Shown: positions 26,610-41,767 of the stretch, piece by piece
How the letters are laid out: every line of letters starts with the position of its first letter
Position numbering within the stretch: position 1 is the first letter of the stretch
NCBI RefSeq assembly: GCF_006345805.1
Contig: NC_043009.1
Location: forward strand, 24,676,001-24,740,000
Reading direction: 5' to 3'
Source of the DNA: Octopus sinensis
Taxonomy: Eukaryota
DNA length: 64,000 bases
The notes under the pieces: model-generated
Told to the model about the DNA's origin: nothing
Databases searched by the model: none
What the model saw: the letters and a program-made list of their open reading frames with translations, nothing else
Position numbers and translations under genes: made by a program

Positions 26610-26790
26610 TGTCTGTGATTGCTCCCCGACCACCGCTTAACAACGGGTGCTGGTGTATTTACGTCGCAGTAACATAGCGGTTCGGCAATGGGAGAACGGT
26701 AGAATAGGTACCAGACTTACAAAACAAAATCTTTTCAAGGCACTGCTCCAGCATGGTCACAAACAAATGACTGAAGCAAATGAAAGATTA
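26610..26790 (+). mobile_element. SINE family A, 3' module
   Basis: ACCGCTTAACAAC..TTTACGTCGCAGTAACATAGCGGTTCGGCA...GCTCCAGCATGG...AAATGACTGAA. Confidence 0.7.
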
Positions 26791-26949
26791 AAAAATGGAA
26801 TACTTAATTTCGAAGTGAATCAAATTGTGAAATAAGATTTCCGTTGACGTACATATGGGCAGGTGGTTAAGAGACTGATTTTGTGTCTAAATTTGATATA
26901 CAAAACGTTTATGGATGACCATAATCTCTCTCTGTTTCTCTGTCTCTCC

Positions 26950-27010
<61 letters not shown>

Positions 27011-27123
27011 GCATATAAATATATATATATATATCAGTAATGCAATACAAAGTATTGCCTTCCAGTAAAAAGTAGCCCGTGAGTAAATATCGGTACTTAG
27101 TTGTGCCATTTATTTACTAATTG

Positions 27124-27213
<90 letters not shown>

Positions 27214-28469
27214 GTTTATTCCTTTATTCTTTTAACTGTTTCAGTCATTTGATTGTGGCCATGCTTGAGTACGACCCTTTAATCGAAGAAATCTATGCCT
27301 AGACTTTATCTATATAACCGTGGTGCTTATCCTATCGGTTATGATAACTAGTGGGACTGAAGTGGTTGGGAAACAAGCTTCTTACCACACAGCAACGCCT
27401 GCACCTTTATATATTACGTATATTTTAAGTAAGTGTATGTGTGTGTGTGTTTCTTCCATTTGTGTGTGAGTAAGTGCGTATGTATGCTTAACTTATACGT
27501 ATATGCATTTACATTTTCATATATACAATGTGGTGCCCCAGGTTGGCCCACAGTCTATAAAAAAGAGACAAAAGAAAGATGCACACATGTGTATATCTAT
27601 CCATCTATCTATCAATCTATCAATATATATATATATATATAATATATGATGTGTGTGTGTGTGTGTGTGTTTTGGATTGTCCGCGGTTTGCTTCCGTGTC
27701 CGTAACTTAGCAGTTCAGTAAAAGAGATGGATAGAGAAATTTTAAAAGAACATACTGAGGCCTCTATATATGAAAGACAACTTTGTGATTACACATTTTC
27801 AGTGCGGTGACACAGAATGGAACACAATCCATCGAAGGAAACAATTAATGGAGAGAAAAAGATAAAGGATGAAGGATATAAATCACCGAGAAATAGCTAT
27901 CACGTGAACGATTGTGAAATTGCAATAAAATTTGTTGAAACGAGCGAATTTTTGCTCAGTATTTTCTCTGAATTGAAAAATGTCCTCAAATATCACTTTG
28001 CTTGTTTCGAAAACCTACGTCACTATGACAATTGAATACTTACATTTTCAGGATTCCGCAAAATAACTCAGGAAGAAATTAAAAATAAGCGTGTCAACAT
28101 TTTTCATATCTCCAGCTGGATACGATCAAGTAATTAAATGTAATTAAACAACTTTAAGTGTGTCTCACTTGTCAAGCAAAAGCCCCATTATATATTCAAC
28201 TTAATTATTATTCTAATAACTAATTTTTGCAATTTGCATTATAATTAAGATGATGAGAGTAAAAATAATTATGATATGCATATAAATATAAACATATTTG
28301 TATATGCATGTATATCCATCCATCCATATGTATATATATGTATATATGTATAAACACATAAAATATATATATCATATGTATATATATATGTATATATATA
28401 TATAACTATATATAAATATATATAAATATACACGTATATAACTACATATATATATGTTGATATGTACAT

Positions 28470-28504
<35 letters not shown>

Positions 28505-28511
28505 ATGTATT

Positions 28512-28552
<41 letters not shown>

Positions 28553-29259
28553 TATGTGTATACGTGTGTTTACTGCTTGCTCTTTCTCCCTCTCTTTCTT
28601 ACTTTATATATATATATATATATTTATATGTGTGTGTGTGTGTGTGTATGTGTGTACGTGTATATATGTATATAAATATATATATATGTATGTATGTATG
28701 TATGCATGTATACGTGTATGTATGTATATATGTATTTCTATATGTATTATGTGCAATTAACAGAAAGCAATCAGCGAAACGACACATACCGATAAAGATA
28801 ATAAGAAAAGTAATAATAATAATAACAACAACAAAAACAACGACAGCAACAACATCAGCAACGACAACAACACCGACTGCAACAACATAGGAAGACTAAA
28901 CGGCAACCTGTTACTTTCAGTAACGTAGATTCTGAAAGGCGAAATCACATCAAAGGAAGTTAATGCATCCAATTATATGCTTCCATATATGTGACAGTGT
29001 GTGAGTGTGAGTGTGGGTGCAGCTGTGTGCGCGCTTGTGTGTGTGTGTGTGCGTGTGTTTGAATGTGCGTATGTATTTCTGTGTGTAGGGGTGTGTTAAT
29101 GAATATACATTTGTGTTTTTGTTTATACACGTATATCCGCTTTACAGAGACACAAACAGACACGTATACCGAGTGGTATATGGATACACGAAGAATGGCA
29201 TTCCCCTTCAGAAACTCACAGAAATAAACATACCATATGCATGCACACACGTATACCCC

Positions 29260-29331
<72 letters not shown>

Positions 29332-29499
29332 ATATATATATATATATGTATGTATATATATCTATATATATATGCATGCACATAACTACATCCATGCATA
29401 CATGCACATATACACACGCAGTCACATACTTATGTATGTATGTATGTATATATATATATATAATATAAATTTTATATGTGTGTATGTGTGCGTGTTTGC

Positions 29500-29532
<33 letters not shown>

Positions 29533-29995
29533 AAAATGCACAGTAGGAATGGAAGGAATGATACAAAATAAATAATAACTAAATAAATATCTGTATCTCA
29601 GTTGGCGGGTATGTATGTTGTTTGTATATTTGTATATATAGATGTGTATATATATATATATATATATATATTTGTATACCACTGTATATGTATATATCTA
29701 TCTACAATTATGTGTGTTGTGTGTGTGTGTATGCACGAGTGTTTGTGTATACATCTATATGATTGTTCGATTTTGTATGTATGTATAGTATATAATATAT
29801 CAAGACTTGAAATATGAAAATAGCAAAAACAAACACAAACCAAGAAGATTATAAAAATAATAATATATACACACACACACACGTTCACACACACTCACAC
29901 TCACTCACACATACACACACGCACACACATGTTTTATATATTATGTATATATATTCCTAGTATTTATTAAAAAATATGTGTGTATGTACATATAT

Positions 29996-30065
<70 letters not shown>

Positions 30066-30342
30066 GCGCATCAGATCGGTGGTTTCGGTGTTTGTGGTAT
30101 CATGAAATCATAAAATATAATTTCTGGCAATAATCGTTAAAACGTAATTAGAGCTAAAGTACATGAGATAAGATGAAATGAGATGAAATGTTATGTGTGG
30201 TTGGAGCAAATGCTTTGGAATTAGCTTTTTACTGATAACATGCTGCTCTTTTAATATAAATGTCTGAAGGAAATGGTTTATACATGCGAGAGACAGAGGC
30301 AGAGAAGTTAAAGTGAATAAGCTTGATATGATATTATGAACG

Positions 30343-30405
<63 letters not shown>

Positions 30406-30727
30406 TATATATATAATATATATATATATGAAATAGTAAAGTAATATAATGTGATGTGTGTTATGTATGTATGTATATGGTGTGTGTTTATGTATATATG
30501 TATGTAATGTGTGCAGAATTTGTTGGTACAACGATTTACATCATATATAATCTTATATAGGTGTGATTTACGCATTCGTATAACTACGCGCATCTACGTA
30601 TGTATATTTCTATGTATGTACCTATCTGTTATCTATATTCCCATCTGTCTATCCATTAGCCTGTCTGTCTCTCTTTTTGCCTGTTTGTTCTTCTGTCTGT
30701 CTGTATGACTCTCTGTCATTCTGTCAC

Positions 30728-30812
<85 letters not shown>

Positions 30813-31137
30813 TTATCTATCTATCTATTTATCTATCTATCTATCCATACATATCTATATAGAAACATAGTCACTAGACGCATGTGTATGTATGTATGTA
30901 TGCATGTATGTACGTACGTATGCTCACGGCCACAGGGTTAAAACATGTAAAAGAATAAAAGAATAAAAGAATATATATACGAACGTATGATAGCGCTAAT
31001 TGAACTTTATGAACATTACAAAATATTTTTTTATTATAACATTGCAAAAATATTTTTAAAAAAATACAGTAACTAAAAACGTGAAAACCAAATCATATAA
31101 CTTTATTCAACTGATATATCATATCTACCTGTATATA

Positions 31138-31222
<85 letters not shown>

Positions 31223-31251
31223 ATATATATATTATATAATATATATAATAT

Positions 31252-31282
<31 letters not shown>

Positions 31283-31291
31283 TAATATATA

Positions 31292-31342
<51 letters not shown>

Positions 31343-31343
<1 letters not shown>

Positions 31344-31497
31344 GTGGCTGTGTGGTAAGTAGCTTGCTAACCAACCACATGGTTTCGTGTTCTATCCCAC
31401 TGCGTGGCATCTTGAGCAAGTGTCTCCTGCTATAGCCCGGCCGACCAATGCCTTGTGAGTGGATTTGGTAGACGGAAACTGAAAGAAGCCTGTCGTA
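31343..31497 (+). mobile_element. SINE family A head/body
   Basis: TGGCTGTGTGGTAAG...TATCCCACTGCGTGGCATCTTGAGCAAGTGTC...GGATTTGGTAGACGGAAACTGAAAGAAGCCTGTCG, then (TA)n. Confidence 0.8.
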
Positions 31498-32351
31498 TAT
31501 ATGTATATGTATATATGTATGTATATATATACATATATATATATGTATATATAGGTAGATAGATAGATAGATTGATCGACAGATAATACATGTGCATCTA
31601 TGCATGTATGTGTGTACGTATTTGCGTTTTTGGGTTGTCTTTGCATTATCATTTGAATGCACAATACTACCGTATGAGAAAAAAAGCCGGATACAAAGAA
31701 AAAAAAAACAAAAAAGAAAGAATATGAAAGAAATGATAAAATATCATGACCTAGCTAAATCGGAAGCAAAAGACGGGCGAAAAACGTTATGTATTCTGTG
31801 CGGCGTAGTTACGATTCTGCCAGTACGGCACCTTTGTAGCAGCAACAAGAAGAACAATATTAATAACAGTAGTAGTAATTGAAGTAGCAACATCAGCTGT
31901 ACTGGTTGTAGCAGCAGCAGCAGTAGTAGTAGTAGTAGTAGTAGTAGTGTAGTAGTAGTAGTAGTAGCTGCAGTAGTAGCAGTAATAGCTGTAGTAGTAG
32001 AAGTAATAGTAGGTGGAGGAGGAGGAGGAGTTGTATAAAACCGAACGGCGTATTCATCATATCAAAGAAGCATACATGCATAAACATAAAAAAAACTGTC
32101 GCTTACACAAGATTCGCACAGTTTCCGTCCACCAAATTTCGTCTCTGACAGATGAGGTTTATATAAGGTGCCGCACAGAGCATCTGAATTTTAAACCATG
32201 GACTGACAAAGCAAAATACTTAAGCGCATAACCAAAATGATCACCCCCTTTTTTTTGTTTAATAATCACATGATTAAGACATAACCATGGCAATGTTTTT
32301 AAAGAAATGCATTGTGAGCATCATTTCCATAATTTGTTGGTCTATGTGGTC

Positions 32352-32430
32352 GCAGCTTGGCCGAATGGTCAAGGAGCGCGCTTTGTACTCATGAGGTCTT
32401 GAGTTCCATCCAACTTTATGGCATTTTGTC
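32352..32430 (+). mobile_element. tRNA-like SINE head
   Basis: A box TGGCCGAATGG, degenerate B box GAGTTCCATCC; no cloverleaf. Confidence 0.45.
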
Positions 32431-33024
32431 GGGTGTTTTTTTTCACCTGCTCCTCCTCCTCCTCATCATTATCGTCATCTTCACGACCATCCTCGTCGTC
32501 GTCATCATCATTATCATCATCACCATAATCATGAACAGCAGCTGCAGCAGGCCCTGGATATCATTTTCCTGAGGCTTTGGCACCGTAGGAATTGTTATCC
32601 GTTTACCATGGCGTAATACTGGCCGAGGTCACACCACCACCCGTGAACGGGATGTCAGTCCTGACTGAACAGGAGCAACTTGAAGCATTTATCTCAAGGA
32701 CTGGTATTGAAACCACGTTCTTGTGATCATGAGTGCAACAACTAACACACCTTTACTGAATGGAATTCCGTTAAAGGGAATTGTAAAGACGTTTATTGGA
32801 TGGATTACGCCTCTAATTCCAATGTAAATCCTTCTTAAGCAGTGTATGCTGCTGGTCATGTCTGAAGATTAATAGTGAAGAAATCTGTGGAATACTCAGC
32901 CACATATATATTCCATGCTAAATTATTAACTCAATAATTCAGTTGATCAAATAACTGAACTGTCATCGTCGAAACCGACTGAGATCCATATGATTTTGTT
33001 TAATATAAATGATCTGTAAGATAG

Positions 33025-33230
33025 CAAGCTGACATTAGTCGTTAGTAGGCCGAACAAAATGCTTAGCGGCATTTTGTCCGTTTTTATGTTCTGAGTTCAA
33101 ATTCCGCCAAGATCAAGCTTACCTTACATCTTTTCGGAATCGATAAAATAAGTACCAGCTGGTTACTTGGTTCGATGAAATCGACCTAAGCCATCTCCAT
33201 AAATTGCTGGCCTTGTGCCAAAACATGAAA
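33025..33230 (+). mobile_element. SINE family B (tRNA-headed)
   Basis: AAATGCTTAGCGGCATTT..GTTCTGAGTTCAAATTCCGCC..GATAAAATAAGTACCAG..AAATTGCTGGCCTTGTGCC. Confidence 0.75.
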
Positions 33231-34134
33231 GCAATATATATGATCGAACACAATGCTGTAGTGTTGCATTACTGAATGAATTGCCTTGCATTTTATCTTT
33301 ACAATCGATTGTTTAATAAATCTGGTAAAATCTAATCCTTTATCAACACACACGTATGAAACCAACAAAACTATTTCTTTTCCATCCATTGATATTCGCC
33401 CAGTAGAATTCGTAAAGTGTTTTAAATAGCAGACAACGTCACGACGATGGTAGAGCGTGATCTTAAAATGGCGGTGTATGAGTAAACTACGCTCTTATTT
33501 CAACTAATATATTATCGACGTATATCATTCATTGCTTTCGCTAATAAGAAATTAATAACATTTTTTATCTTCTACAATAGCTCGTTATCATATCAGAGAT
33601 GTTACAACGTAATGGTTATAAAACGTTCTCTCTTAGCAACCTCATTCATTCCTTTAAATATATCTGACAAGATTGAAGGAGACGGTGATAAACATAATTT
33701 TCGCCATCGCTGCCAACATAACACAGTGTGAATAATTCGTGACACGGAAATAAAAGCAGTGATTTAAGGGATTGCAAAATGTTCGTATTCAATTCGTTGA
33801 ACAATGTGTTGAAGCACAAAGGTTGTCCTTCTCGTGTGTCTTTCATATACTTCTATAATGTTGAACAAATGTACGTAAAGTGCGTATGTATAGGTTGGTA
33901 CTGAGTTGCATATACAGAACATATACGTTACAGAACGTATACAAAAAGACGGGGATAATTTTGATATGCATTGACTCATACTAGATCAAAACACCAAACT
34001 TATACACATACAAACATATATCGATACATTCAGACACAAAGACAAATAGACACGCACATATATGTATATTGGTTATTATATCTATAGGTATAGGTGTATA
34101 TGTATGTAAGCGTACAAAACACCGCTAGTATATA

Positions 34135-34219
<85 letters not shown>

Positions 34220-34807
34220 ATATATTATACATATATATATATATACATCATATATATATATATATATATACATATATATATACATATATATAAATACACA
34301 CTATATATACACATGCATAGGTGGGTACAGAACGTCACCAACAGTAAACAACATGAAATGCGAAAACAAATGAGTTCAAAACAAGCGACGTGAGAAACAA
34401 ATAGAAAACCGGACAAGTAACATAAAGAACGACCCTTCATCAGTTTTCGGCTGTCTACACACACATGTATTTATATAAACGCATGCATGCGCGTGTGTAT
34501 ATGTAGTCAGACACATAAGCGCATATATTTATATACATACATACACACACATGCTTATCATCCATATTCATCTATATCTATCTATCTATCTATCTATCTA
34601 TATATATATATATCTATCTATCTATCTATCTTTCTATCTATCTCTCTCTCTATATATATATGTCTATCTATATCTAGCTATCTAGCTAAGTATATATATA
34701 TATTGTCAATAATAAAAGGGTAAAATTAATTAATTATTTAATTATTATTGATTAATAATTTTACCAAGTAGTGTTCAGTATGTAAAAAGACCAATTATGG
34801 TATATTT

Positions 34808-35311
34808 AAAACATTACGTTATATAATTAGAGTTCAGTAAAAAAATTTACTTTACCACACACCGAACTTTTAGAAATAGCAGCCAAAAAGGTTAGCTATT
34901 TCCTCTACTATGAGAAAAGTCTCTCAGACAATGTATACTCAAAAATAATTCACGTAGGCATAGAAGGAAAAATAACGAAAGGTTACACGTACATCGATTA
35001 CTTGAGAACGCCGTTTTTGGATTAGTTGGATATTGAGATCAACATTTCCGTCATCAGCCCAAAATTTCTTTAGGTTTGAATTTGAGAGCACTAAAAATCG
35101 AACATACCCGTCTGATATGAGTAATCCCAGACAAATCATCTTCGACTTTTCCCTCTATACCTATGGGAATTATTTTTGAGTATACATTGTCTGGGAGAAT
35201 TTTGTTATAGTAGAGGAAATAGCAAAACTTTTTGGCTGCTATTTCTAAAAGTTCGGTGTGTGGTAAAGTAAATTTTTTTTACTGAACCCTAATTATATAA
35301 CGTAATGTTTT
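34808..35311. mobile_element. MITE/foldback element with ~165-bp terminal inverted repeats
   Basis: Left arm 34808-34971 (AAAACATTACGTTATATAATTAG...) is the near reverse complement of 35147-35311; ~175-bp spacer. Confidence 0.85.
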
Positions 35312-35315
35312 TTTT

Positions 35316-35352
<37 letters not shown>

Positions 35353-36025
35353 GTATACAACACACAAACACAATGACATGCATGCATATATGTATGTGTC
35401 CGCCTGCCTGCTTGCATATGTGTGTCATTGCAAATGAGTGATAGGTAGAAAATGAACAGATATAGAATCAGAACAGGCACATCGAAGTGTAGCGACAGTC
35501 TCATGCACTGTGTATGTATTCATGAAAAGAGACATTAGAAAACAGATCTGCAACTACTCTACGTCGTGTTCATAAATGTGTATAAACCACAGCAATATGG
35601 CGTCAACAGTCATGTCTACGTTATCGCCATACGGACCATTCATTTGGAACTGCACTGATCGTCCGTCCTGGCTTCGTTTTATCATGAGCTATTTGTACAT
35701 CGTATTTTTTTTTCGGGTATATTAACAACCTTCGTCCATATTTTGTCAACATACGTGCCTAGTTTATCAGCATACGGCGCAATGATTGCGTAAGAGGCTC
35801 GATGAAGAAGTACCTGGCTTTATAAAAGTGATGGGTTTGCTCTGTTCGGCTAATGCAGTTGGTGTCGGTGAACCACCATGGCTGGAGTCCAATGATTGCA
35901 AGAAGTGTGAAAGAAATTATATTTATACACTCATACACTCACACACACACACGTTTGTATAAATAAATATTGGTATATATAATTATATATATCATATATG
36001 TGTGGTGTGTGTGTACTTATATTTG

Positions 36026-36073
<48 letters not shown>

Positions 36074-36435
36074 GTATATAATGTGTGTATGATATATATA
36101 TATACATATATTGTATGTGTACATATAACATATATATATATAGATATATAGATATATATATATATATGCATACATACATACATATATATACACGCAAAGA
36201 CTCATATACACACATACTTATACATACATACATATACATACAACATACATACATAATCATACATATACATACATACAACATACATCACACTACATACATA
36301 CATACATACATACATCATACATACATACATACATACATACATACATACATACATACATCATACTACATACATACATACATACATACACAGTACATACATA
36401 CATACATACATACAACATACATACACATACATACA

Positions 36436-36469
<34 letters not shown>

Positions 36470-37122
36470 CATATATATATAAATAAATACAGGCAGCGTA
36501 GCAACCTTCGAAGTGATCTTTTTAAATAATTTTAAATTTGACATCAGCAATGTCGTCATCCGCCTCCATGTTGTTCGCCTCCAAACCCCTTCTCCACATC
36601 CACCTCCTCATCCTTAACATCCTCCCCGTCCACCACCTCCTGCTTCCCCTCCTCCTTCTCTATATCCGCCTCCTCCCCTTCTCCCTCCTGCCGATTATCT
36701 CTTCTTCCACATTATCTTAATGAACGTCATCGTGTCTCGTCACTTTGCTCACATCTTTATGATGATGATAATGATGACAATCCGGATGATGACGACGATG
36801 ATGATAAAAATAGTCTGCTTCCACTTCCTCCTCTTCTTCCTCACCATCATCATCATCATCATCATTATCATTGTAATCATCATAATTTGTAATCTCAGTA
36901 ATATATTATGCAATAAAGTTCATGCTAACACTATGACGAAAGATACTACCACACCACCACCACTGCTACTACCATTACCACCACTGCTATCACCAGCACT
37001 ACTACTACTACTACTACGCCCCCCCACCATAACCACTACCACCACCACCACTACCACCGGTGATGCTGCTGCTGTTATTACTACTACTACCACTACCACT
37101 ACCACCACCACCACCATCACTA

Positions 37123-37154
<32 letters not shown>

Positions 37155-37781
37155 AATCTGAACCAAAAATCAGCCTTCAGTGTATTTGCTTGATCTGGTG
37201 AAAATAGCAGTCAGTTATCACTTAAATCGCACATTTCCTGAAAACAAATGGAAATCACTTACTAGTGTAATCCACATGCAGAATCTGAAAGAATATATGG
37301 CACTGTCACGGTAGGAACGCCATTGCACTTATATCTGCATTATCAGCGATGACTTAGTTCACCATGGAGCGCTACGCAAGACAACAACAACAATAGTAGC
37401 AGCAAGAATTAAGAACAACAGCTACTACTACTACTGCTGTTGCTGCTACTGCCATCATCCCCACCAAAATACTGCGACCACGCTGGGGTACCACATTCAG
37501 AGAAAATTCTTAGTGGAATGAATCGCCCCCGCCTCCCACCAGTACTTTAAGCGTGCTACTCATCACAGCAGTTCGACAAAAAGAGGCTGATAGGGAGGTA
37601 AGAAAACCAACAGCGGTTGTCAAATGATGCTGGTGGATAAAGACAGACACGAAAAAGGCATACATACACACACACAAACACTCCCAGAGACACATACACG
37701 CACATACACACACAAACACATACGCACAGACGCATAAAACATATATACTATATATATTATATATATATATATATTATATAT

Positions 37782-37833
<52 letters not shown>

Positions 37834-37969
37834 ATATATATATATATGATGGGCTTCTTTCAGTTTCCAACTTTGAAGGATACCTGACCGAGGTGTCACG
37901 TAGTGGGACTGACTGAGAACCATGTGAATGGGAGGCAAATTTCTTGACACGCTGTTCGCCTGCGCCTAT

Positions 37970-38002
<33 letters not shown>

Positions 38003-38014
38003 GGAGAATTCACA

Positions 38015-38140
38015 AAAAATAACAAAAGACGAAGACAGGTGGTGTAGAAAACAAACAGATGTATTAGTATTAGTATAACGCTCGGGAATTGAAAAGGTTT
38101 TTAACGTTTCGAGCCTACGCACTTTCACAGAAAGGAACAC
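38015..38140 (-). mobile_element. Penelope-type terminal-repeat relic
   Basis: Minus strand TTT-CTGTGAA-AGTGCGTAGGCTC-GAAA-CGTT-AAAAA; the hammerhead-like core lacks one A. Confidence 0.45.
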
Positions 38141-38184
38141 AGAAAGAAAAATGTGTGTAGTGGCTAGCGATCTTTCATGGCCAA

Positions 38185-38271
<87 letters not shown>

Positions 38272-38824
38272 ATGTATATACATATATTACATATATACAA
38301 GGAAAGAGGGCGTCAGAAACAGTTATGACGCCGACGCTTCGATACCTGGCATGAATTATCATGATGCACGTACATCTTTTCCATCAATGAGATGGTTCCG
38401 GTCATCATAATCATCATCATCATCATTTGCATCACCGTCAGAATTACAATAATAAAACATGTTGCCAAAGAAGTAGGACGATACTGTTTAGATTTTCATT
38501 CTTCTCCTTACCCTCCATGACCGTAAGGGTCAACTCAGAATCGTGTGGTCGGCAATTCATAGAATTGTAGAATATCTGGAATTGCTGCCTTCTTTGTTTA
38601 AACAATCCACATATGGTACCACTGTATGACTTTTGCCGTGCGGCAGGTGTGAATGAATATTTTTAATAATACTGTCTCTATGTGGTCTGAAGCCGGACTA
38701 TACATCATTAATTGCTCTATTCTTCCAACTCTCGCCAGTATTTTATAAAATGCATTTATTCTTCTAGCAAAACTTCAATGATTGTGAAACTCATAATTGT
38801 AAAGACGTATATTAGCAATAGAGC

Positions 38825-39045
38825 TCGCATGGTTGGCTTGCTTCAATCATTGGACTGCGGCCATTCTGGGGCACCGCCTTGAACGGTTAAGTCGAACATA
38901 TCGCCTCCAGTACTTTTGTTTGTTGGCTTTTATTTTATTAAAATCTGGTAATTATTCTATTGGTCTATGTTGCCGAACCACTAGACTATACGGATGTAAA
39001 CAAACCAATACCAGTTGTCAAGCATTGGTGGGGTGAAAATCAATC
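38825..39045 (-). mobile_element. SINE family A, 3' module
   Basis: ACTGCGGCCATTCTGGGGCACCGCC...GCCGAACCACTA...CCAGTTGTCAAGC. Confidence 0.7.
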
Positions 39046-39198
39046 GTAAAAGGCACACACGTGTATGTGTCTGTGTGTGCGCGCGCGTGTGTGTGTGAAT
39101 GAATGTGCGTCTATGTACGCATAAGAAAAAAAGGTAGTTTAAAAACTACACTTGGAACCACCCCAAGTTTGAATCTATAGTTTTACTGGATTGGGTAG

Positions 39199-39282
<84 letters not shown>

Positions 39283-39434
39283 TTTAAATGTCTGTCTGTC
39301 CATCTACCTATCTATCTTATCTATATATACAAATATAATTGAGGATAGCATTTTAAAAATAATCTCATTCGTGACCAGCATATAAAAAATACACCTATTT
39401 ACGTACATCTTCTTCTATATATATTATAATATAT

Positions 39435-39482
<48 letters not shown>

Positions 39483-40809
39483 ATAACATGAAATACAATT
39501 ATAATTAAGGGCACATATATTTCTATGCTTATAGACGTTACATCCATGATATTTTGAAGTGGTTAGACGTGTGTAATAGATATGTATAAAGGTGATGTGA
39601 AAACTGGAGTGATTTTTGGATTCCTGCCAGTAACCTTCTCGCTACAATCGATACTCACACCAAAACTTGTGTGTTCTCGGTTCAAATACATTTTCTACCC
39701 CTATTTCCGACAAATTCAGAAACATTATACCACAAACACTGATTTTATCTGGGTTATTGATTTGAAAGTAAGTTACCCTCAATATCTGTATCTAGACTCA
39801 AGACAGTTGCTTCTTAAAGATCCGCCACCACCCATAATAAAAAGAAACATCACAATTTTACATTGTAAAAGGATGGTGATTTGTAGTATTAAACAGTGAC
39901 CTTTTTGAATGGCGCCCGTGATTCTTAGGAATAAATGTGATTGACCCTTACGGGAAGGAATCTGATGCAGGTTGGCCTTAATGTCTTAATAGCTTTCGTG
40001 AGCCGTTTTTTGAGTCGAATGCTTAAAATAAACTCAACCTGGCTTTTCTTCCCAATGACCAAGAAAATAATTCGACTCTACTTCTTTATTCCCCCCCCCC
40101 CCAAGAAAAAACAATGAGGACAATTAGAGGAAATCTAGAAATGTAAAGTGCTATAATTTTTGCAGCATTTGTACAAAGAGAAACGGCAATAGGTTGAAAA
40201 ACGTATGCTTATTGCCAGCGGAAAGGCGGTTGTTGTACGATGCCTGCATTCATTCATGTTTCTGGCAATAATAAACAGAAATCAATGAAGTATTTTGCTG
40301 ATGCATGTATCACTAACTTCATTGTATTTATTGAATAATCCCTCTAGTATTGTCATTCTACTTTATATGACAGTAAATAAGAATCTGTAAGCGAATATCT
40401 TTCAGTTGAAAAGACATCACTGCAATGTGATGAGGGAACATCGCGAAATATAAACATAGCACATGTAATATTTAGAGCAACAATGGAACCGATTCCTTCC
40501 ATGATCGGTTGCAGGAACTGAAGCAAAATAAGCTTACCATTTATTTCCCACAGCAATTCGTGTGTCGGTAGCAATTATACTATATGCAGTTGTATACATC
40601 CGATATCATTTCTCTTTTCGTTTGCAAGCATTAACTATTCATAAAGTCTTTAGCTTCATAGACGTTTATATTTATATTATTTGCTGGATTTAAGTCAAAG
40701 ATAATTCCTTCAGACTTGTGCAAAGACCACATGAAACATGGATATAAAAGGTTATAATGAAATGTCATACCATTCTTTGAATATGATGTTATACCTGTAA
40801 AATTCTACC

Positions 40810-41010
40810 TGCCACAAGGGTAGTCATTTTGGAAGAAGGAATGAGTCAATTACATCGATTCCAGTGTTTCACTGATATATACTTTAACGATCCTGAAGGG
40901 ATGAAAGGCAAAGTCGACTACAGCGGAATTTGAACTCAGAACATAAAGATAGACGAAATACCGCAAAGAATTTCGCCCGGTGTGCTAACGTTTCTGTCAG
41001 GTCACCATCT
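40810..41010 (-). mobile_element. SINE family B
   Basis: GGATGAAAGGCAAAGTCGAC..GCGGAATTTGAACTCAGAAC..GACGAAATACCG..TGCTAACGTTTCTG. Confidence 0.8.
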
Positions 41011-41157
41011 GAATAATAATAATAATAACAATAATAATATAATATAATAATAATAATTATTATTTTATTATTATTATTATTATTATATTATTATTATTAT
41101 TTTATTATTATTATTCTTATTATTATTATTATCATTATTATATTTATTATTTGGGAC

Positions 41158-41389
41158 GAGGTAAGTCCTCCAGAAGTTATAGAGAAATAAACAGAAGAGT
41201 GACATAATTGCCTGGTGAAATTAGTTGAACGGTATTTCGGCATCTAGTGTGCATTCTACAGGTTCAAAAATTACATGTCAGTCTATTTTTTTCTTTTTTT
41301 AAGATTATATGTGACTGAGGTAACTCCTCCAGAAGTTATGGCACTCTTCGGTTTATTTCTCTATAAATTCTGGAGGAGTTATCTCAGTC
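41158..41389. mobile_element. Small foldback element: ~45-bp inverted arms plus an internal third copy of the terminal motif
   Basis: 41158-41203 versus the reverse complement of 41341-41385; GACTGAGGTAACTCCTCCAGAAGTTAT repeated at 41313. Confidence 0.7.
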
Positions 41390-41728
41390 CTCGTCGAGGC
41401 CTAGGTTTTTTTCCAAGATCATGTCATACCTCCCCTCCACTGATCCTCTATAGAGTAATTTAGTGGCATTTCAGTCGTGCAACTTCGATCCTGGACGGCA
41501 GAGGTGCTTGAGGGCAACGCGACACTCGTGTTACCATTCGCTCTTACTCGGCCTCTTTTTGATCCACGATTGCAGTTCGGCCAAAGAATGAGCGCCCCAC
41601 AAATGGCAACCACACCTGTTCAACGTCGTCTAGAAGCGCTGGAGATGTCGCAGTCTCGCGCATATCTGCGCATCATTAACCGCAGCATGCTCAGCCATCC
41701 TTTTAGCGGGTTTTGGCAGCAAACGGAT
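41385..41728 (-). mobile_element. Diverged internal fragment of the same Tx1 family
   Basis: Aligns with ~43110-43472 (TACCTCCCCTCCACT; GGACGGCAGAG..CAACGCGACACTCG; GGCCTCTTTTTGATCCACGA; GAGATGTCGCAGTCTC; CAGCAAA.GGAT). Confidence 0.85.
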
Positions 41729-41767
41729 AGGGAGATGTACCGATAGACAAAGAGATTGAGAAATAGA

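Noticed and set aside
37263-37284. Possible 22-nt minus-strand micro-exon (TTCTTTCAG|...|GTAAGT)
   Set aside because: Splice signals alone are common by chance; no partner exons or recognisable peptide. RNA-seq would be needed.
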